This document shows positions 25,464-35,794 of a stretch of DNA of 64,000 bases, piece by piece. Position 1 is the first letter of the stretch. Every line of letters starts with the position of its first letter. The notes under the pieces are model-generated. The model ran no database searches. It was not told the DNA's origin and was given only the letters and a program-made list of their open reading frames with translations. Origin of the DNA: an uncultured Candidatus Saccharibacteria bacterium (GTDB lineage Bacteria > Patescibacteriota > Minisyncoccia > Phycocordibacterales > Phycocordibacteraceae); contig CAYNOO010000002.1 of the NCBI GenBank assembly GCA_964398865.1, forward strand, positions 3,588-67,587, given 5' to 3'. Made by a program: the position numbers and the translations under genes.

Positions 25464-25898
25464 ATGACAGAAATAAAAACAAAAGTGAATAAAGCGAGTG
25501 TAACGAAATTTTTGAGCACAGTTAAAGATATAGAGAAGCGCAAAGATTGCGTCGTCATTTCTAAAATGATGGAGAACGCAACTAAAGCTAAGCCGGAAAT
25601 GTGGGGGACTTCGATTGTTGGTTTTGGTCGAAGGAAGTATACGTATGCAAATGGGAAAGAGGGAGAGTGGATGATTATAGGTTTTTCTCCACGCAAACAA
25701 AACATCGCTCTCTATGGTTTAAAAATTTTCAAGATGACCACAGACGGTTTAAAAGAAAATAAAGGAGAAAACGATTTTCTTCTAAAATTAGGCAAATATA
25801 AAGAAGGAGGCGGATGCCTGTATATCAATAAGCTTTCCGATGTAGATAAAAAAGAGCTTGAAAAAATCATCAAACTCGCGGTGCATCGCAAAAAATAA
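25464..25898 (+). CDS. DUF1801/YdhG-like protein
   Basis: MWGTSIVGFG..Y.Y, GFSPRK and LGKYK.GGGCLYINKLSDVD. Start placed at ATG 25464. Confidence 0.8.
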   Translation: MTEIKTKVNKASVTKFLSTVKDIEKRKDCVVISKMMENATKAKPEMWGTSIVGFGRRKYTYANGKEGEWMIIGFSPRKQNIALYGLKIFKMTTDGLKENKGENDFLLKLGKYKEGGGCLYINKLSDVDKKELEKIIKLAVHRKK

Positions 25899-25899
25899 T

Positions 25900-26130
25900 A
25901 TGCCCGCCAAAAAACTTGTAAAGAAAAAATACACTCATTATCACAAGGACGGCAGCATCTGGGCGAAGGGTTTTACCTCTGGAGGAAAGATGGATGGATA
26001 TTGGGAATGGTTCAGAAAAGATGGAACGAAGATGCGTTCTGGATATTTTAAGAAAAATGTTCAGACAGGTGAGTGGACCACCTACGATAAGAAAGGGGGA
26101 ATCGTCAAAGTCACGAGGATGAAAGATTGA
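25900..26130 (+). CDS. small MORN-variant repeat protein (YwqK-like)
   Basis: YHKDGS.WAKG...GYWEWFRKDGTKMRSGYF...GEWTTYD. Confidence 0.75.
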   Translation: MPAKKLVKKKYTHYHKDGSIWAKGFTSGGKMDGYWEWFRKDGTKMRSGYFKKNVQTGEWTTYDKKGGIVKVTRMKD

Positions 26131-26152
26131 TTTTAAATGGCTCATTGGGACT

Positions 26153-26192
26153 CATAACTAATAAATGTCCGACCGGACATTTATTAGTTATG
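26153..26192. repeat. palindrome, family B (core TAAATGTCCG-NN-CGGACATTTA), 19-bp arms
   Basis: cataactaataaatgtccg-ac-cggacatttattagttatg. Confidence 0.9.
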
Positions 26193-26362
26193 GGGGTTTC
26201 TGAGTTTTACATGAAGAGTGAGTAGATCTAAACCGCGCACTGCAGGACTGACCCGCGGAGCATTTTTAGTGCATTTGATATACTGCAGGGATTACTCTAA
26301 CTAAGAACAGGAAGCGTCGCGCTTCAATGAACAGTTACGCGACGCGATTCTGACTGAATCGC

Positions 26363-26860
26363 ATGGTACAAAAAATCACTCCATTCTTGTGGTTCGATAA
26401 AAATGCCGAAGAGGCGATTAATTTCTACACCTCCATATTCAAGGATTCGCGCATTGTGAGTATCAAGCGTTACCCCGAGGGTCCTTTGGACGGTCCTATG
26501 AAAGGGATGGAAGGAAAAGTGCTTACTGCTGTGTTCGAACTTTTCGGACAGCAATTCATGGCACTTGATGGAGGTCCATATTTTCAGGCCTCGGGTGCTG
26601 TATCGTTTTATGTGGAGTGTCAAAATCAAGAAGAGGTTGATGAGTATTGGAACCGCCTTACCGAAGGTGGCGACCCAACTGCTCAGCAGTGCGGATGGCT
26701 CAAGGATAAATTCGGCTTCTCATGGCAGATCATCCCAGAAGCGCTGCCGCGCCTGCTTAGTGATTCGGACACGGTGAAGTCCGGACGTGTCATGGCTGCG
26801 ATGATGCAAATGAAAAAGATCGACGTGGCAACCTTAGAGCAGGCATACAATCAGAAGTGA
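26363..26860 (+). CDS. VOC/PhnB-like (3-demethylubiquinone-9 3-methyltransferase-like) protein
   Basis: KITPFLWFD..AEEA, FMALDGGP and CGWLKDKFGFSWQI. Confidence 0.9.
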   Translation: MVQKITPFLWFDKNAEEAINFYTSIFKDSRIVSIKRYPEGPLDGPMKGMEGKVLTAVFELFGQQFMALDGGPYFQASGAVSFYVECQNQEEVDEYWNRLTEGGDPTAQQCGWLKDKFGFSWQIIPEALPRLLSDSDTVKSGRVMAAMMQMKKIDVATLEQAYNQK

Positions 26861-26924
26861 AAGAGTAGTGGATCTGTATACCGCATGAAATGTGCAGATT
26901 CGCATCAGGCGGATATTTCGAACT

Positions 26925-28733
26925 ATGTCTAAAAAATCAAAAAACCAAAGAGAAACTAAAAAGGGAGAGGAGCAGCGCCCCGGGCAATCTTCTGATGCGG
27001 CAGTGGTGCCGGCGCTAAAAGTGCCAAGCGTCTTCACGCTCTTGGGACCTTATCGGACCACTATCACATGGCTTGCGCTTCTCGCTCTTGCGGCGAACGC
27101 CCTCACTCTCTTTCTTCCGAAACTAATCTCTCATGTGATTGATTCATACGTGCAAGGGGTACTCGATCTACCGCTACTCATTATCGAGTTCGGTGCCTTC
27201 GCGTTTGGCATTTTCTTCTTCACGTATTTGCAAAGCATCATGCAGACGTATGCGTCCGAGCGGGTCGCGCGGGATCTTCGTTTGAAGCTCGTCAGCAAGA
27301 TTTCTCGGCAGAGCTATCGCTTCATCGAGGACAAGAACCCCTCGAAACTCCTTACCTACATTACGTCCGATATTGATTCTATAAAGATGTTCGTCGCGCA
27401 GGGCATCGTTTCTCTCGTCTCGTCAGCCGTCATTATCATTGGTGCAGCTATCATCCTTCTCAGTATCGATTGGAAACTAGCACTCGCGGTCTTGATGATC
27501 ATCCCCATTATCGGCGGTACGTTCTTCGTCATACTCAAGATGGTGCGAGCGCTTTTCATGCAAAGCCGCGAAGTAATCGATTGGCTGAATGCCGTCATTA
27601 ACGAAAGTATTCTAGGGGCAGCACTCATCCGCGTACTTCATTCCGAGCGCTTCGAGCATGAGAAATTCAAGGACGCGAACGCACGAGCTCGTGCGATTGG
27701 TCTCGGGATACTGCAGCTCTTCTCGTTCATGATACCTATCATCACGTTCGTCTCGAGCATGGGTACACTCACGGTGGTGACGCTCGGGGGTTATTTTGTC
27801 ACGACCGGTTCGATGACCTTGGGTTCGTTTGCTGCATTCATGAGCTACATTGTCATTCTTATTTTCCCGATACTTGTCATAGGTTTCATAAGCAACATCA
27901 TCGCTCAGGCAAGCGCTTCCTACGCGCGCATCTATGGCATCCTTGAGGCACCCGATGAGAAGGACGAAGGGACTATCACTGAACCTTTGCACGGGCGCCT
28001 GGAGCTTCGTAATGTAACGCTCACCTACGGCGAAAAGCCAGCGCTCAAAGATGTTTCGCTTTCGGTGATGCCAGGCACGAAGACCGCTATTTTAGGACCA
28101 ACTGCGGCTGGAAAAACTCAGCTTCTCAATGTCGCCGCAGGTCTCACATTCCCGCAATCAGGTGAAGTGGAGTACGACGGGCGACCGCTCGCGGAATATG
28201 AACGTGCATCGTTCTATCCGCAGATAGGTCTGGTGTTCCAGGACAGCGTCCTTTTTAATACCAGCGTTCGTGAGAATATCGCCTTCAGTACCACAGTGAC
28301 CGATCAGTCCCTTGAGAAGGCGGTGCAAACAGCGGAGCTCGATGAGTTTCTCAAGACCTTGCCGCAAGGTTTGGACACGCTCGTGTCGGAGCGGGGCACC
28401 TCGCTCTCTGGCGGGCAGAAACAGCGCATCATGTTGGCGCGCGCCTTGGCGCTTGATCCGAAGATACTTTTTCTTGATGATTTCACCGCACGCGTGGACG
28501 GGCACACGGAGGGGAAGATTTTAGCGAACATCGAGCGAAATTATCCAGGAATTACGCTCATCTCCATAACCCAGAAGATAACCCCTATTGAGGATTACGA
28601 TCAGATCATCCTTCTTATGGAGGGGGAGATTCTCGCCCGCGGCACGCATAAGGAGCTCATGCATACCTCGCCTGAATACGTTCAGATTTATGATTCTCAG
28701 CGCTCAACCAATACCTATGAACTACGAACTTAA
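26925..28733 (+). CDS. ABC exporter, fused TMD-NBD (degenerate-site subunit)
   Basis: TM helices, GPTAAGKT, LSGGQKQR, Walker B LDD and switch Q. Start placed at ATG 26925. Confidence 0.92.
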   Translation: MSKKSKNQRETKKGEEQRPGQSSDAAVVPALKVPSVFTLLGPYRTTITWLALLALAANALTLFLPKLISHVIDSYVQGVLDLPLLIIEFGAFAFGIFFFTYLQSIMQTYASERVARDLRLKLVSKISRQSYRFIEDKNPSKLLTYITSDIDSIKMFVAQGIVSLVSSAVIIIGAAIILLSIDWKLALAVLMIIPIIGGTFFVILKMVRALFMQSREVIDWLNAVINESILGAALIRVLHSERFEHEKFKDANARARAIGLGILQLFSFMIPIITFVSSMGTLTVVTLGGYFVTTGSMTLGSFAAFMSYIVILIFPILVIGFISNIIAQASASYARIYGILEAPDEKDEGTITEPLHGRLELRNVTLTYGEKPALKDVSLSVMPGTKTAILGPTAAGKTQLLNVAAGLTFPQSGEVEYDGRPLAEYERASFYPQIGLVFQDSVLFNTSVRENIAFSTTVTDQSLEKAVQTAELDEFLKTLPQGLDTLVSERGTSLSGGQKQRIMLARALALDPKILFLDDFTARVDGHTEGKILANIERNYPGITLISITQKITPIEDYDQIILLMEGEILARGTHKELMHTSPEYVQIYDSQRSTNTYELRT

Positions 28734-30486
28734 CGCAACAGAGAACAAGAAGAAAGCTTCGTCGCTTCAGGCGCTTAAAAGCTTGTGGCCGCTTTTGTCG
28801 GGCGAACGCACCATCCTTATTTTTGCAGGTATCGCGACGTTGGCTAATTCTCTCATCAACCTCGTTGCGCCGCTTGTGATAGCGCATGTGGTCGACACCT
28901 ATATCGTGGCAAAGGAGTTCGAAGGCGTCGTTACGTTCGGTTTCATTCTTCTTGCGCTTTACGTCGTGGGGCTTTTTACGAGCTATGCGCAGACGCGGCT
29001 CATGGGTGGCATGGGACAGCGCGTCCTCTTTAACTTGCGCACAAAAATATTCGGCAAGCTTCAGGAGCTGCCCGTTGCTTTCTTCAATGCCAACAAGGCA
29101 GGAGACCTCATATCACGCATCAACAATGACACTGACAAGCTGAACCAATTCTTCTCGCAGACGTTAGTGCAGTTCGTCGGAAGTATCGTCATCATGATCG
29201 GAGCGGCGATTTTTCTCCTCTCTATTAATCTTAAACTTGGTGCTGCAGCCCTCGCCCCTGCAGCGGCGCTTCTCATCTTCACGCAGCTTGTCTCGTCGTG
29301 GGTGAAGCGCACGAATGAAGTCTCTCTGACTTCAACCGGGAATCTCTCAGGAGAGGTGTCAGAGAGTCTAAATAATTTCAAGGTAGTCGTAGCATTCAAT
29401 CGTCGGGATTTCTTCCGTAAGCGTTTTGAGGTCGCTAATGAAGCCAATTATAAGGGTGCAATCGGAGCGGGAATCGCTAACAATACCTTTACGCCAGTAT
29501 TCGGCTTCTCCTCCAACATCGCGCAGCTCGTGGTGCTCGCGTACGGCGTGTATCTTATTACCACTGGCAATTTCACACTCGGTCTCCTCATAGGCTTTCT
29601 CTCATACGTGTCGAACTTTTATAATCCTCTTCGCCAGCTCGCAGCGCTGTGGGCGAACTTCCAAGTCGCGCTTGCTGGTTGGGATCGTATCTCGGCAATA
29701 TTACAGATGCATAGCGGAATGGAAGTGTTGCCGATCTCTGCTGCAGATACTCAGGAAGAACAAAGTGCCCCGCTCCTTGAGTTCAAGGATGTTTCTTTCC
29801 ACTACGCGGCTGACAAGCAGGTGTTGCACGATGTGAATTTCACGCTTCTTCCAGGGAAAACCTACGCGCTTGTTGGTCCCACCGGCGGTGGCAAAACTAC
29901 TACGGCGTCCTTGATGGCACGCCTCTACGACCCGTCTTCAGGCACGGTATATCTTAATGGGCGGGATATTCGCACCTATGAATCTGCCGAGCGCACTCGA
30001 AAGATAGGCTTCATTCTTCAGGAGCCCACGCTCTTTTCAGGCACGGTGCGCGAGAACATTCTCTATGGCAACGAAGAGTACAAGGATTTCTCGAACGAGG
30101 CTCTCGTGAAAGTCATTCATGAGGTAGGACTTGAAAGCTTGCTGGTGCGCTTTGATGGAGGTCTTGAGGCGAAAGTCGCGACTTCTGGTGATTCTCTTTC
30201 TCTCGGTCAAAAACAGCTCATTGCTTTCATGCGCGCTGTGTTGCGCGACCCCGACCTTCTCATTCTCGACGAAGCCACTGCCAACATCGATACCGTGACT
30301 GAACAGCTCTTGGAGGAGATTCTTAAAAAACTTCCGAAACACACGACGCGCGTCATCATCGCTCACCGCCTCAATACCATTGAGAATGCGGACGAGATCT
30401 TTTTCGTGAACGGTGGCGAGATAATTCGCGCTGGATCCATGGAGCATGCCGTTGATATGCTCCTCCATGGGAAACGAGATAGTTGA
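28717..30486 (+). CDS. ABC exporter, fused TMD-NBD (partner subunit)
   Basis: GPTGGGKT, LSLGQKQ, LILDEATA and IAHRL. Start placed at ATG 28717. Confidence 0.92.
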   Translation: MNYELNATENKKKASSLQALKSLWPLLSGERTILIFAGIATLANSLINLVAPLVIAHVVDTYIVAKEFEGVVTFGFILLALYVVGLFTSYAQTRLMGGMGQRVLFNLRTKIFGKLQELPVAFFNANKAGDLISRINNDTDKLNQFFSQTLVQFVGSIVIMIGAAIFLLSINLKLGAAALAPAAALLIFTQLVSSWVKRTNEVSLTSTGNLSGEVSESLNNFKVVVAFNRRDFFRKRFEVANEANYKGAIGAGIANNTFTPVFGFSSNIAQLVVLAYGVYLITTGNFTLGLLIGFLSYVSNFYNPLRQLAALWANFQVALAGWDRISAILQMHSGMEVLPISAADTQEEQSAPLLEFKDVSFHYAADKQVLHDVNFTLLPGKTYALVGPTGGGKTTTASLMARLYDPSSGTVYLNGRDIRTYESAERTRKIGFILQEPTLFSGTVRENILYGNEEYKDFSNEALVKVIHEVGLESLLVRFDGGLEAKVATSGDSLSLGQKQLIAFMRAVLRDPDLLILDEATANIDTVTEQLLEEILKKLPKHTTRVIIAHRLNTIENADEIFFVNGGEIIRAGSMEHAVDMLLHGKRDS

Positions 30487-30552
30487 ACAGTAAACTTCGC
30501 GCCTCGCGAAAAACCTTTCACTTCTGGCTCTTATACGATAGGGTAGGTTGTT

Positions 30553-32013
30553 GTGGCACAGGACGAGACGATTTTAAGATTCGAGGAGGTATCCCACGAA
30601 TTCACTGCGAAAAAACCAATCCTCGATGAGGTGAGTTTTTCGGTGCGCCGTGGCAGGAAGATCACTTTGATGGGGCAAAACGGTGCCGGCAAAAGCACGA
30701 TTTTTAAACTTATCATCGGCGTTGAAAAACCTGACGGCGGCACTATCAATATTGCGCCCAAGATGAGCATCGCAACTTCGCGACAGGTCATCCCGAGAGC
30801 CGAGATGGAGCTTACTATCCGGGAGTTCTTCCAAAAGATGTTCAAAGAGAAAGTCTACGACATCGACCCGCGTATTGATGACGTATTGGAGGTGGTGAAC
30901 CTGAAACATCATGAGAAATTACATGACAGGATAGTCGGGTCTTTCTCTGGGGGTCAACAGGCGCGCATCTTGCTCGCGTCCGCCCTTATCCAGAAACCTG
31001 ATCTCTTACTACTCGATGAGCCCACGAACAATCTCGATAGAGCAGGTATCGCGCATCTTACGGACTTTCTCATTAAGTATGACAAGACCTGCATCGTGAT
31101 CTCCCACGATGCGCATTTCTTGAACTCTTTCTCGGACGGCGTTTTGTACTTGGACGTGCACACGCGAAAAGTCGAGCAATACGCGGGCAACTATTCGGAT
31201 GTACTCAAAGACATCACCGCGCGCGTCGAGAAAGAGAACATGAAGAATGCCCAGCTCGAGAAAGCGATTATCGCTAACAAAGAGAAAGCCAACTTCTTCG
31301 CACAGAAAGGCGGCGGCATGCGTATGGTGGCGAAGCGCATGCGCGCGGCGGCAGAGGAAATGGAAGAGTCAAAGGTGGATGTGCGCCGCGAAGACAAAAC
31401 AATTAAAGCGTTCACGATCCCCGTACAAGAGAACGTAGGAGGAGAGATTCTTACCATCACTTCGTACACGACGCTCAAAGACCATAAGCCGAAAGTCCAT
31501 AAGAAGAACCTGGTCCTCCGGCGGGGCGAGCACTTACTTTTGGTAGGTCCTAATGGCATCGGTAAGAGCACTCTCCTAGAGTCAATCGCAAAGAATACTT
31601 CCGATGGGATTTCAATAAGCAAAGGAGTTACGGTGGGCTATTACCGGCAGGATTTCTCAAACCTCGATTTTGAATCGACTGTCTTTCAAGAGTTGGCGGG
31701 AGCAATGAAAGAGCAAAAAGAAGATAAACTCCGCTCTGTTGCGGCAGGCTTTCTTATAACAGGGGATTTGATACACACGAAAATCAGCCACCTCTCGGAA
31801 GGGCAGAAAGGCTTGGTAGCGTTCGCAAGGCTCGTGCTGCTTCAGCCCGGACTTCTCATTCTTGATGAACCAACGAACCACATCAACTTCCGCCACTTGC
31901 CTGTGATTGCCGCGGCGCTCGACAAGTTTCAGGGTGCGATGATTCTCGTGAGCCACGTGCCTGAGTTCGTTTCGAAAATTCGGATTGACGAGACCCTGGA
32001 TCTTACGAAATGA
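30553..32013 (+). CDS. ABC-F family ATPase
   Basis: Two NBDs (GQNGAGKS, GPNGIGKS), LDEPTN twice and no TM segments. Confidence 0.92.
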   Translation: MAQDETILRFEEVSHEFTAKKPILDEVSFSVRRGRKITLMGQNGAGKSTIFKLIIGVEKPDGGTINIAPKMSIATSRQVIPRAEMELTIREFFQKMFKEKVYDIDPRIDDVLEVVNLKHHEKLHDRIVGSFSGGQQARILLASALIQKPDLLLLDEPTNNLDRAGIAHLTDFLIKYDKTCIVISHDAHFLNSFSDGVLYLDVHTRKVEQYAGNYSDVLKDITARVEKENMKNAQLEKAIIANKEKANFFAQKGGGMRMVAKRMRAAAEEMEESKVDVRREDKTIKAFTIPVQENVGGEILTITSYTTLKDHKPKVHKKNLVLRRGEHLLLVGPNGIGKSTLLESIAKNTSDGISISKGVTVGYYRQDFSNLDFESTVFQELAGAMKEQKEDKLRSVAAGFLITGDLIHTKISHLSEGQKGLVAFARLVLLQPGLLILDEPTNHINFRHLPVIAAALDKFQGAMILVSHVPEFVSKIRIDETLDLTK

Positions 32014-33320
32014 GAGGCCGCGCTTTAATGGACGGTGCGCGGCACGATTTCGCGAAATCGTATGACCTCATTGTCGTCGGAGGAGGAGCGTCTGGTCTTA
32101 TGGCGGCAGGGCGAGCTGCGGAGCGGGGCAAGCGCGTGCTCTTGCTTGAGAAGAACCGGAAACTGGGAGAGAAGCTGAAGATATCAGGCGGAGGGCGCTG
32201 CAATATCACGAACGCAGAATTTGACGCTCGCGTACTCCTTCAGGCGTACGGGAAAGCTGAACAATTTTTATACTCTGTATTTTCGCAGTTCGGAGTGAAA
32301 GATACGTTCACTTTTTTTGAATCTCGCGGATTGCCATTGGTCGTACAAGCGAGGAAGCGCGCATTTCCAAAAACTGAAAAAGCCGAGGATGTGCTCAAGG
32401 TACTCCAGAAATACCTAATTGAAGGAAAGGTGACTGTTCTGACGGGCTCTCCTGTTACGGAGATTCACTCCGACAAAGTGAAGATCACAGGCGTTTCTTC
32501 TGGCAAAGAGAAATATGTGGCAACGGACTATCTTTTTTCAACGGGAGGGGTGTCCCACCCAGAAACAGGTTCAACTGGCGACGGTTTTGGCTGGCTCCGC
32601 AAGCTTGGTCATAGCGTGGTCAAACCTACGCCGACCATCGTCCCGCTTAAGGTGAGCGACGCCTGGAGCAAGAAACTTGCTGGAATTTCTATCGAGCATA
32701 TGAAAATAACATTCTTCGTGGAAGAGGAGGTAAAAGATGTAGCAAGTAAAAAGAAGACATTCTCTGAAACAGGAAAGATTTTATTCACGCATTTCGGTCT
32801 TTCGGGTCCTCTTATCTTAAACAGTGCACACAAGGTTGCGGACTTGCTCCACGATGGAGCTGTTACGGCTACGATAGACCTGTTTCCAGATATTGATCTC
32901 GGCGTCCTTGAGAAAAAAGTGATTGCCGTTTTTGATGAGAATAAAAACAAGACCCTGAAGAATATCCTTAAAGAATTGCTACCAGCAGGGACTGCTAAAG
33001 GTATCGTGACGCTTTTGGCTGACACGGTGGACACTCTTAAGAAAGTTCATTCCATCAGCAAAGAGGAACGTAAAGCAATCGTACGTATTTTTAAAGCGCT
33101 TCCACTCACCATCACGGGGCTGATGGGTTTTGATAGAGCGGTGATTGCGGACGGCGGCGTGGCACTTGAAGAGATCGATATGAAGGTCATGCGCTCGAAG
33201 AAAATTTCGAACCTCTACGTGACGGGGGACTTGCTACATATCAACAGACCTTCGGGCGGCTTCTCGCTCCAGCTTTGTTGGTCTTCAGGATATGTAGCGG
33301 GAAGCCACGCGGGTGGGTGA
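32010..33320 (+). CDS. HI0933/YhiN family flavoprotein
   Basis: GGGASG, KLKISGGGRCNITN, TGSTGDG, FTHFGLSGP and GGFSLQ. Confidence 0.92.
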   Translation: MRGRALMDGARHDFAKSYDLIVVGGGASGLMAAGRAAERGKRVLLLEKNRKLGEKLKISGGGRCNITNAEFDARVLLQAYGKAEQFLYSVFSQFGVKDTFTFFESRGLPLVVQARKRAFPKTEKAEDVLKVLQKYLIEGKVTVLTGSPVTEIHSDKVKITGVSSGKEKYVATDYLFSTGGVSHPETGSTGDGFGWLRKLGHSVVKPTPTIVPLKVSDAWSKKLAGISIEHMKITFFVEEEVKDVASKKKTFSETGKILFTHFGLSGPLILNSAHKVADLLHDGAVTATIDLFPDIDLGVLEKKVIAVFDENKNKTLKNILKELLPAGTAKGIVTLLADTVDTLKKVHSISKEERKAIVRIFKALPLTITGLMGFDRAVIADGGVALEEIDMKVMRSKKISNLYVTGDLLHINRPSGGFSLQLCWSSGYVAGSHAGG

Positions 33321-33374
33321 TTTAGCGTGATGGTGCTTTATAATAGACACTATAGTCATTAATTTTCATATTTC

Positions 33375-33893
33375 ATGTCAAAAACAATGATGCTCTGGGC
33401 AGTGGCTGGTTTAGTCGTGATAGTCGGCGGCTACTTCGCGCTCACTGCTAATAAAGCACCGATAGGTGACGGAGCGGCAGAAAATACTACTGCGGAGCAG
33501 TCCGGCAAGAAAATGGCGTTTTCAGAATTCATCAAGAAAGGTGAGGCGAGCAAATGTACCGTTACCCAGAATGTGAATGGCACTGAAACTAATGGAGTCA
33601 CGTACATTGGCAACGGAATGATTCGCGGCGAATACAATATGAAAGTGCAGGGCATGAATGTTGACTCCACTCTCATTGTTCGCGATGGCTACACCTATTC
33701 GTGGAGTTCAATGATGCCTACCACTGGCTTCAAGGTGAAAGTGTCTGGTGCAGCACAGGGAGACGCAAATGCTGCTGCTTCAGGGCAGTACAGTTTCAAT
33801 GCTGAGCAAATAGGGGATTATTCGTGCGAGCCGTGGACAGTTGATGAATCTAAATTTGCAGTGCCCGCCGGAGTAACCTTCCGAGAGCTATAA
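33375..33893 (+). CDS. membrane-anchored hypothetical protein (paralog of 45244..45804)
   Basis: N-terminal TM helix and shared CT...G.VY...DG..Y.W...C.PW..D...F..P pattern. Confidence 0.8.
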   Translation: MSKTMMLWAVAGLVVIVGGYFALTANKAPIGDGAAENTTAEQSGKKMAFSEFIKKGEASKCTVTQNVNGTETNGVTYIGNGMIRGEYNMKVQGMNVDSTLIVRDGYTYSWSSMMPTTGFKVKVSGAAQGDANAAASGQYSFNAEQIGDYSCEPWTVDESKFAVPAGVTFREL

Positions 33894-33901
33894 AAGCGAG
33901 A

Positions 33902-34588
33902 CTAAAGCCCGAGCGCTCCGAGAAGTGTCTTCAGTTTCTCTCCTTGAATGGTCCGGTGCTGACCGGCTTTCAGATTGCATAGCTCTATATTCATGACGCG
34001 GATGCGCTCTAGGATTTCGATGTTCGCCCCCACCGCTACGCACATACGGCGTATCTGATGTTTTTTGCCTTCAGTGAGAGTAATAGTAAATGAAGTGTCG
34101 CTCTCGATATCTATAGTGCATGGCTTGGTCACGTACCCTTCGATGTCTACGCCCGCCTCCATTCGCTTCTTAAAATTCTTAGGAAGCGCGTCTGTCGTCG
34201 TAACTCGGTATTCTTTTTCGTGCACGTATTCAGGATTGAGGAGTTTGTCAGTAACCCGCCCATCGTCCGTGAGGATAATGAGCCCACTTGATTTCTTATC
34301 AAGCCTGCCGACAGGGAAGATGCCCTTGAGTGGAGTGGTCATGAGGATATCTTTCTCACCCTCCTGAGCCGAGTGGGTGACAATGCCGACAGGTTTGTTG
34401 TAGGCGAAGTAGTGACACTCCTTTCGAGTTCCGCGCACCTCCACCGTATCTGTTTCCTCCACCTTATCTCCCAAAACCGCTAATCTGCCGTTGATAGATA
34501 CCAGCCCTTCTGAAATAAGCGTATCCGCCCCTTTCCGAGTCGCATATCCCTTAGATGCTAGATATTTGTTGATGCGAACTGACGCCAT
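33902..34588 (-). CDS. S4-domain rRNA pseudouridine synthase (RsuA/RluF family)
   Basis: VRINKYLA, GRLDKKSSGL and EGKKHQIRRM. Start placed at ATG 34588. Confidence 0.92.
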   Translation of the reverse strand: MASVRINKYLASKGYATRKGADTLISEGLVSINGRLAVLGDKVEETDTVEVRGTRKECHYFAYNKPVGIVTHSAQEGEKDILMTTPLKGIFPVGRLDKKSSGLIILTDDGRVTDKLLNPEYVHEKEYRVTTTDALPKNFKKRMEAGVDIEGYVTKPCTIDIESDTSFTITLTEGKKHQIRRMCVAVGANIEILERIRVMNIELCNLKAGQHRTIQGEKLKTLLGALGL

Positions 34589-34793
34589 CGAGTCAGTATA
34601 TAGGTGGTAGCTTTTTAAGCTATTATGCGATGTAGCGACATCGTGTCGTACCTGCGTCCACTGAGGGACGACCAGAATTCGGTCGAATCCATTCGTTTCC
34701 AGGCGATTTCCAAGTTTGAACCGAAATGAAATAAAGGTATTCTGAAGCCTCAATCCTTTTGAGCTTACGTTTGAACCGCAGAGGTAGCATTTT

Positions 34794-35777
34794 ATGAACA
34801 AAGGAAAAGCATTTGAGTATGCGTCTGCGATTGCGCTTCGTGATGCTGTTATAGCTTCAGGGGAGCTTGATGCCGTTTTAGAAGAGAATCCATCACTTCA
34901 AATTGCCCGACGTTGTTTCGCTGAAATTGAGGTAGAGGCTCCAGAAGCAGCACGAAAATTAATGGTTGTTGCTGAAGCTTCCGCAAAACTTCTGTTGGAG
35001 GCTGAGCCAAAATTAACTAGTCTCGAAGAAGGATTCTCTTCTTCGGTGCTGATTTCTTTGCAGCCGGACGCCGCAGGGGTGAGCGGTGACGTTAGGGATA
35101 TCGTCGTCACCAAAAGAGCTACTGGGAACGGAGCAGATTGGGCGATAGGGCTTTCTTGCAAGCATAACAATGACGCCGTCAAACATCAGCGTTTGTCGCC
35201 TTCAATTAACTTTGGTCAGCAATGGCTCGGTGTTCCTCTCCTTGCTGAGGATTTTACTGAGCTCGATCGAATTTTTTCACAGATTGATGCAGATAAAGTG
35301 CAAGGGTTTGCAGATTGGAATCAAATTCCGAATAAGGAAGCTCGTTACTATCAGCCATTGCTGCAGTTGGTGCTTGATAAAATTGCTTCAAACCCCGATC
35401 AGAATGCTTTAGCTGAGCGGCTACTATCCTACCTGATAGGCAATGAAGATTTTTATAAAGTAATCATGAATGAAGGGCTCAGGGGAAACGCTCAATTAAC
35501 ATTCCAAGGCTTTAACTTTAATGGCTCTCTGAATCAAGCAGCCTTAGGAGGAGAAAGGGCCCATACGGCTGTGGCACGGCTAACCCTGCCGAATCATATT
35601 ATTGATGCCAGCATGAAGCCTAATAGCGCCAATACCTTAAAAATATCTTTTGGCGGGGGATGGCAAGTTTCCATGCGCATACATAGTGCCAGCACCAAGT
35701 TACAGAAAAGCTTAAAAATGGATGTGCGATTGCTGGAGACCCCGCCAGAGCTTTTTAGTCAAACGGTTAGCATTTGA
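34794..35777 (+). CDS. type II restriction endonuclease, HaeIII family
   Basis: GKAFEYA, SGDVRDIV, GLSCKHN..AVKHQRLS and RIHSAS..SLKMD. Adjacent to a C5 methyltransferase. Confidence 0.8.
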   Translation: MNKGKAFEYASAIALRDAVIASGELDAVLEENPSLQIARRCFAEIEVEAPEAARKLMVVAEASAKLLLEAEPKLTSLEEGFSSSVLISLQPDAAGVSGDVRDIVVTKRATGNGADWAIGLSCKHNNDAVKHQRLSPSINFGQQWLGVPLLAEDFTELDRIFSQIDADKVQGFADWNQIPNKEARYYQPLLQLVLDKIASNPDQNALAERLLSYLIGNEDFYKVIMNEGLRGNAQLTFQGFNFNGSLNQAALGGERAHTAVARLTLPNHIIDASMKPNSANTLKISFGGGWQVSMRIHSASTKLQKSLKMDVRLLETPPELFSQTVSI

Positions 35778-35794
35778 TAGGGTAAAATATACCT

